From contig NC_068990.1 in NCBI RefSeq assembly GCF_001194135.2, forward strand, positions 49,345,135-49,379,364: a stretch of 34,230 nucleotides of DNA, in the 5' to 3' direction. Of the stretch, positions 11,790 to 23,229 are shown piece after piece. The position numbers and the translations under genes are program-made. Under the pieces are notes generated by a model. That model ran no database searches. It was not told where the DNA came from and was given only the letters and a program-made list of their open reading frames with translations. Source of the stretch: Octopus bimaculoides. Taxonomy: Eukaryota. Within the stretch, counting starts at the first letter, position 1. Every line of letters begins with the position of its first letter.

Positions 11790-13198
11790 ATATATATTTC
11801 GTTTTGGGATCTGGTTAGCAAGATTCTTTATGTGAGTTTGTGTGTTGAAGCATATTCTGTTGTGTCTGGGGAGAGTAATTCTCTTTTGGTGCCTTATAAT
11901 TTAACACACTCACTGGTAAAATTTCCACTTCTTACTTTTTTATTTTTCTAAAATTTTCATTGCATCTTGCAACTTTTTCAATAGTTATGATTGTCCGTTA
12001 CTCACACTGCGTTGCTTTTTGTTTGTTTGTGTGCATATGTATCTATTTATGTGTGTACATTTGTATGTATGTATTCTGCATATTCATGTGTTTGCATGTC
12101 CATGTTTGTGTGTTTTTATGTATGCGCGCGAGTGTGTACCTCAGTCTCCTTGTATGTGCATGTCTGAGTGTGTATGTGTTATGCAACTATGTACCGTGTT
12201 TGTTTGTATGTATGGATGTGCATCTCCATATGTGTGGATGTGTGTCTCGATATGTGTTCTTGTTTGAAGTAAAGTGTGTGTGTATATATGGTCATGTGTT
12301 TCAGTCTTCATTTGCATATGTGTGCTTGTCTGGTCATATAATCTATGTACCTATCCGTCCGTATGTTGATCTGTTCACTTTCATATCCATATGCTTACAT
12401 ACATGTGCATATACATATATATACAGACACATACATACATCTATCTACATAACAGCCCACTAACTATTCTACTCTACCTGTGTAAACTGTGGGTATGGGG
12501 GTATGATATCTACTATGTATATTTCCTATTTAGTATTGGGGAAGTTTCATTTATGAGGACGTACTCCCGTATTTGTCTGAGTTTTGGGTCCTTTGGGTGC
12601 TTGGATAAGATGCGGATGTGAAGTTGACGCAGGTTGCCTCCATGTTGGTAGAGTATAGAGGACTGTTTTTTGTCGACATATTGTCTCAAATGTTCATTTA
12701 GTCGTTCAGCAATGCTCCAAGATGTCTCCCCTATGTATGTCATGTTCATGTCTTTACAAGCACCTTCTATGTATCTAATGCTGTAAACTACATTTCTAGT
12801 TCTACAGTTAATGCCAGGGCTAATCCTACATGCAATGCAGTTATCACTGGTGCATATGGTATTCTCAAAGGAGTACATCCTACATAGTTGTGGTCTGACG
12901 GAGATCCCTGGCTTTTCAACAATCTTAATGTTGAGTTTGGTCTCCTTCAGAGCTTTCCTAAATCTACAGGCTAATTCTCCATGTGCTGTGGCCTCTACAA
13001 ACATCCCTCCTTGATATTTGTTGATTTTATACCACGTGTTCACCCTGTTTGCTTTGCCACAAGTTCTTTGTATTCTACTCCAGTCTTTGTTTCTATATCT
13101 AGGGCAGGTACCACTGGTATCATTACATATAATCTTTATCTAATTTCTTTCTAGCACTCTTGTATACTCAAACCCTACCTTTCTGATCATATCCAGAG
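11790..13198 (-). mobile_element. Penelope-like element, 5'-truncated copy (linker + GIY-YIG endonuclease + 3' UTR)
   Basis: ORF 12513-13043 has a Cys-rich CTSDNCIACRISPGINC segment, then NVVYSI...TYIGETS..ERLNEH...HPKDPKLRQIRE. It is followed by a (CA/TG)-rich 3' UTR. Confidence 0.88.
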
Positions 13199-13199
13199 A

Positions 13200-14648
13200 A
13201 CTGCATGCAGTGCATGAAGTTCTAAGCTACGACAGTAACTATTTAGATGACCATGACCTCAGTAGATTCTGCCCCACCAGGTCACAGAGGGGGAGACCGC
13301 CCACCATCACTTCAGCAGTGAAAAGAAGCACCAGAGGGCGCTGGAGTGGCTGGATCGCACCCGCCCAAAACCCTGAGGAATAACAATCGGGTGAAAGAAA
13401 TGATTGCTCATGCAATAGGGGCCAGTGTAAAAACCACCTTGAAGAACTACATAGTAGTAAAGTTTAATAAAAAACTATACATGCAGGTTCAAGGTGCAGT
13501 CATCGGTGTCAGTGTAGCTGGAGATGTGGACGACCTCTGCATGACCTGGTGGGACAGAAAACTTAAGCAAATGTTAGCAAAACAGTCCACAATTCTTCTA
13601 CTCTACAGTAGATATGTAGATGACATTAATATCATAGTTAGGACCAACTCTAGTAACAGTAGTGTAGAAACTGAGAGGAACATAATGGAGGGCATCCAGC
13701 TCCATTCACCAAAGTATCAAGGTAACTGTAGATTACACCACTAAGCACCTCATACATAGGGGAGACATCTAGGAGCATTGTGGAACCACAACATGAACAT
13801 CTGAGATAATATGTCAACAAAAAACAGTCCTCCGTACTCTACCAACATGCCGGCAACCTGGGTCAACTTCACATCCGCATCTTAACCAAGCACCCAAAGG
13901 ACCCAACACTCACTCAGACAAATGCAGGAGTACATCCTCATAAGTGAAACTTCCCCAATACTAAATAAGAAATACACATAGCAGATATCATACCTGCATA
14001 CCCCCAGTTTACACAGGGCTGTTATGTAGATAGATGTGGGTGGGTGTATGTATATATATGTATATGCACACGTATGTAAGCATATGGATATGAAAGTAAA
14101 CAGATCAACACACAGATGGATAGTTACATAGGTTATATGAACAAATAAGCATGCATACGCAAATGAAGACTGAAACACATGACCATATATACACACACAC
14201 TTTACTTCATACAAGGACACATATGGAGACACACGTCCACACATATGGAGATGCACATCCAAACAAACATGGTACATAGTTGCAATACACACACACACAG
14301 ACATGCACATGCAAGGAGACAGAGGTACACACACGCACACACATACATAAAAACATACAAACACGGACATGCAAACACATGAATATGCAGAATACATACA
14401 TACAAATGTACACATAGATACATATGCACACACATACATGCATAGGAACACACTGATCCACACATGCGCACAAACAAACAAACAAAAGGAAACGCAGTGT
14501 GAGTAACGGACAGTCAAAACTATTGAAAAGGTTGCCATACGCAATGAAAATTTTAGAAAAATAAAAAAGAAAGAAGTGGAAATTTTACCAGTGAGTGTGT
14601 TAAAATTATAAGGCACCAAAAGAGAATGACTCTCCCCAGACACAACAG
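13200..14648 (+). mobile_element. Penelope-like element copy: RT fragment joined by internal deletion to the GIY-YIG C-terminus and 3' UTR
   Basis: ORF 13346-13744 contains KLYMQVQGAVIGVSVAG and YSRYVDDINII (PLE-type RT). From 13751 the sequence is the reverse complement of 11857-12739. Confidence 0.88.
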
Positions 14649-14650
14649 TG

Positions 14651-14674
14651 TATATATATATATATATATATATA
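14651..14674. repeat. (TA)n microsatellite between the Penelope copy and the mariner relic
   Basis: Direct observation. Confidence 0.95.
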
Positions 14675-15386
14675 CATTGGGTGCATCAGCCTTTTGAGGA
14701 CATCTTTCAAGAAAACTAACTTTCTTCTATCTTATTTTTCTTTTACCCTACTTTTCAGATAAATTATATTAGAGACCGGGTTGACTCAGCAAATGAAAAG
14801 GCACACTATAATCGTTGCCTTAAAAGTGCAGTATAGCGATACAGTGATAGCTCACTTCCTGAAAGTTGCCCAATCCTTTGTTGTCAAAGTTCGAAAGAAG
14901 CTGGAAGCTGCTGGCAGCGATCCAGCAGCAGTAGGTAAACACAAAATGCATGCACAGGGTCCTGATACCATCAGAACATATAACTTTGTACAAAACGTTC
15001 AAGAAATAATTGATAAAACCTCCCAGAAAGTCAAACAGAGCCATTGCAAAGGACCTCGAGGTTGCAGAATGACCATCAGAAAGAGTTGTGCAGAAGGACA
15101 TCTGATACAAGCCGTATGCGATGCATAAGGGTCAGTTTATTTGGATGTAACAAAAGAGAATCGTTTGATCCATGCAAAGTGCTTGCTAAACAAGTTACAA
15201 CACCAAGAGACTGGAATGCTTTGGTTTTTCTCTGATGAGAAAAGCTTCCATCAGGACCAACAGATGGTTACACAGAGACCTGGACGAGGTTCCAACAATC
15301 ATACATAGTAAGTTCCCAGCAAGTGTGGTAGCTCTACTTGTCCACAATGAGGAAGATGCCACGCCTCTTCAGTTTTATCATGGGAC
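14675..15386 (+). mobile_element. IS630-Tc1-mariner (maT/DD37D-like) transposon relic, 3'-truncated
   Basis: Begins after TA. ORF 14781-15128 reads MKRHTIIVALK...IAHFLKVAQSFVVKVRKKLE...DTIRT. The first catalytic motif (L)VFFSDEKSFHQDQ is at about 15220-15260 in a shifted frame. It is cut at TTAA 15387-15390. Confidence 0.8.
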
Positions 15387-15390
15387 TTAA

Positions 15391-15750
15391 CCCTTTAGTG
15401 TTCAAACCGGCCGTAACCGGCCAAAATTATTCTTTGGATAAGTATGATAAAAGGATTCTCTAGATTATTTGTACCAATTTGTCTTCAAACACAGATTTTC
15501 TTTCATGAGTCATATCTCTTTTCCCAAATTCATACAAATGACCTCAAAGAACTAATGCATAGACTGTGTTGTGTTTTTAACATTATATGTCTATACAATA
15601 TGCATTCTCAAGATGAATACTGCAGTTTCCAGGCTTCTATCTGCATTAAGTATAATATACAGAATGTTATTTTTAACTTAGAATGCTTCCATCACTAATG
15701 AATATACAAAGATGTATAATTGGAAGCTATTAATATTTTACTACTAGATA
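15391..15750. mobile_element. piggyBac-type element end (TTAA insertion into the mariner relic)
   Basis: TTAA|CCCTTTAGTGTTCAAACCGGCCGTAACCGGCCAAAATTATTCT matches the reverse complement of the right end of the 8335-8552 MITE. The other end is not seen. Confidence 0.6.
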
Positions 15751-17197
15751 TGCCTGTCTCCTAGCTTCCCTTCTGGCTATCTGATACAGTTCCCTGCTGC
15801 TCCCACTCTTCCCGGCCTGTTTCTTTGCTCTAATGGCCCTGTCTACAGTATTGTTCCACCACTACATTATACTGGGTCTGGAAGGGACTTTGCACCAGCC
15901 ACAGATTTGGTCTGTAGCATTCAGCAAGCTGTCCCACAGGAATTCCAAGTTGTCCTCTATGTCACAAATTTCCCTCTCATCAAATATCTCAATGAGGATG
16001 CCCCTAAATCTCTGACCGTAAGAAGAGTTCTTAAGCTTCCAAATCCTTCTTTTCCAAATTGTTCTGCTTCTTGGCATCGTTGTGGCCTCGAGTCTAAAGT
16101 CGCTAATAACTAGTCTATGCTGGGGGTTACATTCCTCACCAGAGAGAGTCTTTGCATTTAAGAGCAACCATGCATCCCACTGTCTGGTGAGAATGAAATC
16201 AATCAGGCTAGCAGGGTCACCTGATTGATAGGTTATCAGGTGGCTGGCAGGCTTCCTGAAGTTGGTGTTGCAGATCAATAGGTTATTTGCATCAGGGACT
16301 CTCACTCAGAGTAAAAGGCAGACTGTATGACGCATGCGTACGAACAGCCATGCTACATGGCAGTGAAACATGGGCTGTAACTGCTGAGGACATACGTAAG
16401 CTCGCAAGGAATGAAGCCAGTATGCTCCGTTGGATGTGTAATGTCAATGTGAATACCCGTCAGAGTGTAAGTATCTTGAGAGAAAAGCTGAACATTAGAA
16501 GCATCAGTTGTGGTGTGCAAGAGAGACGATTGCGCTGGTATGGACATGTGGTGAGAATGGATGAGGATAGCTGTGTGAANNNNNNNNNNNNNNNNNNNNN
16601 NNNNNNNNNNNNNNNNNNNNNNNNNNNNNNNNNNNNNNNNNNNNNNNNNNNNNNNNNNNNNNNNNNNNNNNNNNNNNNNNNNNNNNNNNNNNNNNNNNNN
16701 NNNNNNNNNNNNNNNNNNNNNNNNNNNNNNNNNNNNNNNNNNNNNNNNNNNNNNNNNNNNNNNNNNNNNNNNNNNNNNNNNNNNNNNNNNNNNNNNNNNN
16801 NNNNNNNNNNNNNNNNNNNNNNNNNNNNNNNNNNNNNNNNNNNNNNNNNNNNNNNNNNNNNNNNNNNNNNNNNNNNNNNNNNNNNNNNNNNNNNNNNNNN
16901 NNNNNNNNNNNNNNNNNNNNNNNNNNNNNNNNNNNNNNNNNNNNNNNNNNNNNNNNNNNNNNNNNNNNNNNNNNNNNNNNNNNNNNNNNNATAAAAGACA
17001 CCATTTCGAGCGTGGCCGTTTTCGTGCGGGTGACACGTAAAAGCACCCACTACACTCTCTGAGTGGTTGGCGTTAGGAAGGGCATCCAGCTGTAGAAACT
17101 CTGCCAAATTAGATTGGAGCCTGGTGTAGCCATCCGGTTTCACCAGTCCTCAGTCAAATCGTCCAACCCATGCTAGCATGGAAAGCGGACGTTAAAC

Positions 17198-17228
<31 letters not shown>

Positions 17229-17733
17229 TCCAGGAGCCTTGTTCCCACTTTGTTTCGGGAATCAATTCCATGGCCCCCACGGCTACCATGGTAGATGCCG
17301 GGCTGCTGTCCAACATGCCCATTGAAATCCTCAGCCACAAAGAAGAGATCATTGTCATCATCTTGGAGGTAGCCTGCAGAAGAATATCATAAAAATGTTC
17401 CTTCTGTTCATTTGGTAGGCCTGCTTGTAGGGCGTAGGCAGATATATTTGTAGCTATACTATTCTGCAAGACTAGCCTGGGCTTAAGTACTCTATTGCAT
17501 AAACTAACTACGTCTATGACTTTATTCACCCATTTCTCAGCAAGGAGTATGCCCACACCACCGACTCTGTGACTGTTACCTTCCCAGAAGATTTTATACC
17601 TATGAGTCTTGTCTGTGATGAACCTGGCTGAAGCTTCTCTCCACCTAACTTCTTGGATGCAACATACATCAACATGCCTCTTTTCAAGCATCTCTACAAT
17701 CTTGTTAGATCTACATTTCAGTATGCCTACATT

Positions 17734-17734
<1 letters not shown>
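15750..17734 (-). mobile_element. RTE endonuclease-domain fragment, split by a younger RTE insertion (halves 15750-16294 and 17225-17734)
   Basis: ORF 17173-17691 reads MLEKRHVDVCCIQEVRWR...ISAYALQAG. ORF 15862-16305 reads NLLICNTNFRKPASHLITYQSG...QHRLVISDFRL. The halves join as ...TTTGCATCA / GAACTCC.... Confidence 0.88.
16295..17224 (+). mobile_element. Young 5'-truncated RTE copy (RT C-terminus + 3' UTR + (GAT)n tail), gap in the middle
   Basis: GLSLRVKGRLYDACVRTAMLHGSETW...RLRWYGHVVRMDED with no stop before the gap at 16580-16990; long pure (GAT)n tail ending at 17224. Confidence 0.9.

Positions 17735-17740
<6 letters not shown>

Positions 17741-17773
<33 letters not shown>
17741..17773. 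repeat. (TA)n microsatellite
   Basis: Direct observation. Confidence 0.95.
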
Positions 17774-17776
<3 letters not shown>

Positions 17777-18706
17777 TCTTCTTCACCAGACTACCCGTGA
17801 CCTGTTGGGTCACTGAGAAAGTCTGAGTTTCCCAGCAATGGAGTTTTGTTTTTTCTTTTCCAGGTTATTTTGTATACTTCAACAAATGTGACATCAAAAT
17901 CAATGCGTAAGCAGCTCCTTTCCCCAGAAAAGGAAAACCTTGGCTGCTGTTTCTTGCACACCCTGCTACCACATAANNNNNNNNNNNNNNNNNNNNNNNN
18001 NNNNNNNNNNNNNNNNNNNNNNNNNNNNNNNNNNNNNNNNNNNNNNNNNNNNNNNNNNNNNNNNNNNNNNNNNNNNNNNNNNNNNNNNNNNNNNNNNNNN
18101 NNNNNNNNNNNNNNNNNNNNNNNNNNNNNNNNNNNNNNNNNNNNNNNNNNNNNNNNNNNNNNNNNNNNNNNNNNNNNNNNNNNNNNNNNNNNNNNNNNNN
18201 NNNNNNNNNNNNNNNNNNNNNNNNNNNNNNNNNNNNNNNNNNNNNNNNNNNNNNNNNNNNNNNNNNNNNNNNNNNNNNNNNNNNNNNNNNNNNNNNNNNN
18301 NNNNNNNNNNNNNNNNNNNNNNNNNNNNNNNNNNNNNNNNNNNNNNNNNNNNNNNNNNNNNNNNNNNNNNNNNNNNNNNNNNNNNNNNNNNNNNNNNNNN
18401 NNNNNNNNNNNNNNNNNNNNNNNNNNNNNNNNNNNNNNNNNNNNNNNNNNNNNNNNNNNNNNNNNNNNNNNNNNNNNNNNNNNNNNNNNNNNNNNNNNNN
18501 NNNNNNNNNNNNNNNNNNNNNNNNNNNNNNNNNNNNNNNNNNNNNNNNNNNNNNNNNNNNNNNNNNNNNNNNNNNNNNNNNNNNNNNNNNNNNNNNNNNN
18601 NNNNNNNNNNNNNNNNNNNNNNNNNNNNNNNNNNNNNNNNNNNNNNNNNNNNNNNNNNNNNNNNNNNNNNNNNNNNNNNNNNNNNNNNNNNNNNNNNNNN
18701 NNNNNA

Positions 18707-19073
18707 ATATACTCTTTTACTTGTTTCAGTCATTTGACTGCGGCCATGCTGGAGCACCGCCTTTAGTCGAGCAAATCTATCCCAGGACTTATTCTTTGTA
18801 AGCCTAGTACTTATTCTATCAGTCTCTTTTGCCGCTAAACACACCAGCATCGGTTATCAAGCGATGTTGGGGGGACAAACACAGACACACACATATATAT
18901 ACATATATACAATGGGCTTCTTTCAGTTTCTGTCTACCAAATCCACTCACAAGGCTTTGGTCGGCCCAAGGCTATAGTAGAAGACACTTGTCCAAGGTGC
19001 CATGCAGTGTGACTGAACCCGGAACCATATGGTTAGTAAGCAAGCTACTTACCATACAGCCACTCCCGTGCCT
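18707..19073 (-). mobile_element. tRNA-derived SINE, nearly complete
   Basis: Pol III A-box-like TGGCTGTATGG (19062-19052) and B-box-like GGTTCAGTCAC (19019-19009), a central (CA/TA) tract and a 3' GCTCCAGCATGGCCGCAGTCAAATGACTGAAAC segment. Confidence 0.85.
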
Positions 19074-19689
19074 TCACAACCATCCAATTTACACGAAATT
19101 TGTTTTGTTCCATTCATATTTACATTTCAAGGGGAACTAATTCATAGTATGTTCCCATTATGCATCAGTTTGGCTGAGTAACAATGCAAGCAAGCAAGAT
19201 TCAATCTGACTTTTAATGTATTAAACATATAGCAAATTATTCAAAGAAAAGTAGACTCATCTTTCTACAAGAAATACTAACATACACACTGGCAGATCTT
19301 TTCCACATTTAGGAATACATTTTAGACACTATCTACACGAAACAATTTCAATTAATTTTTGATACCTGATAAATATTTAAATGAAAACGAACGCTTTGCC
19401 AAAGAACAATCTATGTATAAATGATGACATCACTGAGTTAGTCATAGTAGCAAACCAAGATCTTCAAAACCCCAAAGAAATTTTCAAACCATCATTACAA
19501 ACCAAATTAACAATTGTTTAGATGTAAATCAATTCTGATCAAAGACATTCTAGCCATAATCATTACATTGGATGGAGCAGGTATCTAGAACTTCTTTATC
19601 TAATTATCCTTTCAACTGTTTTTAAGACTGTAGGATATGATTAGGTTGCTATTTCTGGCAACTTGTCATCAAACAGAATTTTTTCCTTA

Positions 19690-19900
19690 TCATCATCATT
19701 TTAAAGTCCACTTTTCACTGAATAAACTGTCAGACTTGGATAAGCCTGACAGAGTTTATTGAGGTAGATTTTCTATGTTGGATGCCACCTATTACTTGTT
19801 TCCTCATGATTAGATATATTTCAACAGAATACTGGAAAGGACATTCATTTACAACAATTACTGGATGTCAAGACAAAGACACACACATGATGTGCTTCTT
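19690..19900 (-). mobile_element. Diverged SINE 3' part
   Basis: TCATCATCAT tail and GAGGTAGATTTTCTATGTTGGATGCC core, as in 9693-9900. Confidence 0.5.
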
Positions 19901-20112
19901 TCCCTACAGTCATTACAAATCATATAAATCTATTTCAAACAATTCATTGCTTATAACTTGTTTTTTGTTTCTCTGTATATTATTTAGTTGCTGTCTACAA
20001 GGTGCCATTTTAATAAGATGTTCAAGTGACAGATGACATCGATATCAGACTCAGAAGAATTTATTAGAAAAGTTTTTACGAGGGTATGTAGAGAAAGAAT
20101 AAAAAAACTTAC

Positions 20113-20313
20113 AAAAACGTTCATGTTGGTCTTCAGGTTCTTCTTCAGTATCAAGATCTTCAATGTCCTTTAAACTCCCTTTTGAGTAAAGCTGTTTCCC
20201 AGAATCTGATGCATTTGGAGAATTTTCTACAGTATCAGCATCAGTCTCAATTTCAGATATAGATTCTGCTTCATTTGATTTGGAAATCTCCTTAGTCGAT
20301 TCCTCTTTTAAAG
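20113..20313 (-). CDS. DDX18: DDX18 coding exon 4 (acidic/Ser-rich linker)
   Basis: 201 nt, phase 1 to 1. Acceptor ttcatatttcaag|, donor |gtaagt. Translates (A)LKEESTKEISKSNEAESISEIETDADTVENSPNASDSGKQLYSKGSLKDIEDLDTEEEPEDQHERF. Phases match both neighbours. Confidence 0.85.
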
Positions 20314-20654
20314 CTTGAAATATGAAAAACAAGTAAACATTACATTTAATACTTCTGAGGAGTCATCTGTACAAGCAGGACCTGTAGAAGTACCACTACA
20401 CTTTTCAGTACCCAACCACCATCACCAAGGCTCAGTCCAAGTTATTTATCAATAGATATTAATTTACTGTAAAAACCATGTAACTTGTGCACCCGTGTAA
20501 TTTACGCGGGTGATTTTCAGGATAAAAAATGTTAAAAAAAAGCTTCTACTCATGCAAAATTCACATCCAAAAGTTATCAGAATTGCTAATAATGGCCAAG
20601 GAGAGATTTTTATTAAATTTTCATTAAACAAAAATAATTTGGATGAGTGGCAAT

Positions 20655-20871
20655 GACATTTTTACGGATAGAGATTTTAATGGGCATGTCAGACGGCAAA
20701 CTGGTATCTTCCATGGTGTTCATGGTGGCCATGGAATTGGTTCCCGAAACGAAGAGGGAACTAAGCTACTGGAGTTCTGTGATGCAAGCAACCTATTAAT
20801 CTGCAACACCAACTTCAGGAAGCCAGACAGCCACCTGATAACATATCAATCAGGTGACTCTGCTAGCCTGA
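20655..20871 (+). mobile_element. RTE endonuclease fragment
   Basis: DFNGHVRR...GHGIGSRNEEGTKLLEFCDASNLLICNTNFRKPDSHLITYQSG. Confidence 0.85.
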
Positions 20872-21039
20872 AAAAATAAATCAAACAGCATTACAACTCT
20901 GTGTATGTTTGTGCGTGTACAAGGGAAGTATGCTAATGTATGTGAACATCGACAAGTGTATTAATTTTATTTACCATCCATATCTTTTACTATAATAATA
21001 CTCGTGTATTTCTCCATCACAACATATGAATGAGAATGT

Positions 21040-21350
21040 TTTCCAAGGTCTACCTCTTCCACATGTTCCTTCCACGTTTAGTGGTTGGCACTTCTTTACA
21101 GTTATCCTCATCCATCATATGATCATACCAATACAGTCTTCTCTCCTGTACAAAACATCTGATACCTCTTATGCCCAAATTTTCTCTAGCATTGTCAAAC
21201 ATGCACTCTGACATTGCACATACATCAGAGCATACTTGTTTCATTTTTTTCAAGTCTTTTCATGTCCTCTGCATTCACAGTTCAAATTCCAGAGTCGTGA
21301 AGCACTGCTGTTCATATACAGGAATTAAACAATCCGCCTTTCATTCTGAG
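21040..21350 (-). mobile_element. RTE RT C-terminal fragment
   Basis: GIRGIRCFVQERRLYWY..MMDEDNCK, homologous to 3600-3900. Confidence 0.75.
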
Positions 21351-21533
21351 AGAGAGGTCTTTTGTTACCCCATTCCTTATATGAAAATAAGGGTTTTCAC
21401 AGGACAAGGATCAAATTGTAAAATCCTGCCTCAAATAATTCTACATGGAAAAACAAATCTTAAACAAACAACTGAAACTAATTAAAGATATTACAATGAA
21501 GTAATTAGTTTTCATTTATTCAGAAGTGCTCAC

Positions 21534-21578
21534 CTTGTTTTTCCTTCTTTTTCAGTTTCTTCTTCCTTTTCATTGCTT
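21534..21578 (-). CDS. DDX18: DDX18 coding exon 3 (45-nt Lys-rich micro-exon)
   Basis: Acceptor cattcttttcag|, donor |gtgagc, phase 1 to 1. Translates (E)AMKRKKKLKKKEKQ. Confidence 0.8.
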
Positions 21579-22299
21579 CTGAAAAGAATGTGTATTCACT
21601 TTAATAAAAGAACTTCTGATAAGATAAATGTTTTATCCTTCACTTGTTTCATGCATTGGACTGTGGCCATGCCAGGGTACCACCTTGAAGGGTTTAGGTA
21701 AACAAATCAACCACAATACTTATGTTTTAAGTCTGGTACTTATTCTATCATTTTGAGTTTTTGGAGGGATTTTTTGTGGAATTCTGCTTTAAGCACACCA
21801 TCCATATAAACCCCATGACTTTTTTATATTTTTGAATTTCCAGAAAATTTTGCATATTTGTGTTTTACACATAAGAATCCATATTCTATGAAGAAAAATC
21901 TCTTTTTAATTTTTTGAATTTAAAAAAAAAGTATGCTTTCGAATTTTTTTTTAAATCAGAGTTTAAAATATGGACAGTCTGAATATTTTGCGTATATCCC
22001 AGCAATAGACTATTAAATGTGTTTATGGGGAGAAAAGTATTGAAAACCATCAATACATCAGAGTGACAAAGAAGCAAGGAGGGTATCAGGTGGTTGTGAG
22101 ATGTGCTAAAAATAATAGTTGAGTAGTCCTTAAATCACACACAAAAATGTTTTTGGTTTTTGCATAATCAAGGCAGACGTTAAACGATGATGACAATGAT
22201 AATATGATTTCCTATGTGTACAATTTTCTTAAAATCTCTAAAAATAGAAAAGTTATGAGGGTTTATATGGTGTGTTTAAAGTTCAAATTGTCAGCACCT

Positions 22300-22560
22300 C
22301 ATGATGCAAATGTCTTCATTCATACACATTACATGGCCATACCAGCAGAGTCTTCTCCCTTGCACACTACATGTGATGCCATACACCCAATTTTTCTATC
22401 AAATCACTTACAATCTATTGTAAATGCACACTGACATTACCCATCCAGCAAAGCATACTACCTTCATTTCTTTCAATTCTTTGCATATCCTCAGTAGACA
22501 GCCTATGTCTCACAGCCATGAAACATAGCTGTTCATACACAGGCATCATACAATCTGCCT
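22300..22560 (-). mobile_element. Diverged RTE RT C-terminal fragment
   Basis: Homologous to 3650-3900 (GGCCATACCAGCAGAGTC..., CATTTCTTTCAA...). Confidence 0.6.
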
Positions 22561-23229
22561 ATAAAAAATAATGACTACTTACTGGGATTTATTTCAACAT
22601 GAGGCTCCATCTTATTAACAACTCCATTTTCAAGTTTTTTCTTTTTCTTTTGAACTTCATCCTCAAAACCTAGAACATTGCAAATGTCTATTTTAATTAA
22701 TTACATTGCTAAAAATCGGTTTTTTTTTTTCTGTTACATATTTTTAATGGTTTGATCAGAGAGGAAAGATTGAAGGAGGACACTTTTATTTTTTTGCAGG
22801 GCCTCCAAGAGAAACAGAAGGAAAGGAACCAAAATTTATGAGCTGCTGCAAGAAGCACTGCATCAGGATACTGAGTTATATCCAGGCAATGGAGTGACCT
22901 TTAGTAAAAGAATCCAAAGGTCAGATAAGTTAAAACCAGGCTCTACACATGTCTAACATTCAAGAACTAACATAGTCTGCCTACCCACTCAATTTTATTC
23001 ACAAGGATTTAGTTGACCTGAAGCTATGGTAGACAACACTCAAATCATGCAATAGGACTGAACACAGAGTAATGCAAACTTCTTAACCAGACACCTATGC
23101 TTGCAACATCTGAATTCAATGGTAAATTATCATGGTATATTTAGTATCTTGGCAAATTTTCCCTTGTCTTTTATCCACACAACTTGATGAATTTCATATT
23201 AACATCGCATATAGCAGAATTTGGGATAC

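Noticed and set aside
11489-14643. Long Cys/Val/Met-rich ORFs (e.g. 11960-12463, 13882-14643)
   Set aside because: These are translations of the (TG/CA)-rich Penelope 3' UTR; low complexity avoids stop codons by chance.
11790-14648. Hammerhead ribozyme expected in Penelope pseudo-LTRs
   Set aside because: I found no CTGANGA...GAAA core in either copy by eye; both appear truncated before that region.
16287-18850. Long ORFs in the track full of X (also 1023-1499 and 32341-32901)
   Set aside because: They only span N-gaps. The start of 16287-16994 is also a chimera across an RTE-in-RTE junction.
20051-20332. Stand-alone 93-aa acidic ORF
   Set aside because: It is DDX18 exon 4 (20113-20313) read through into both flanking introns.
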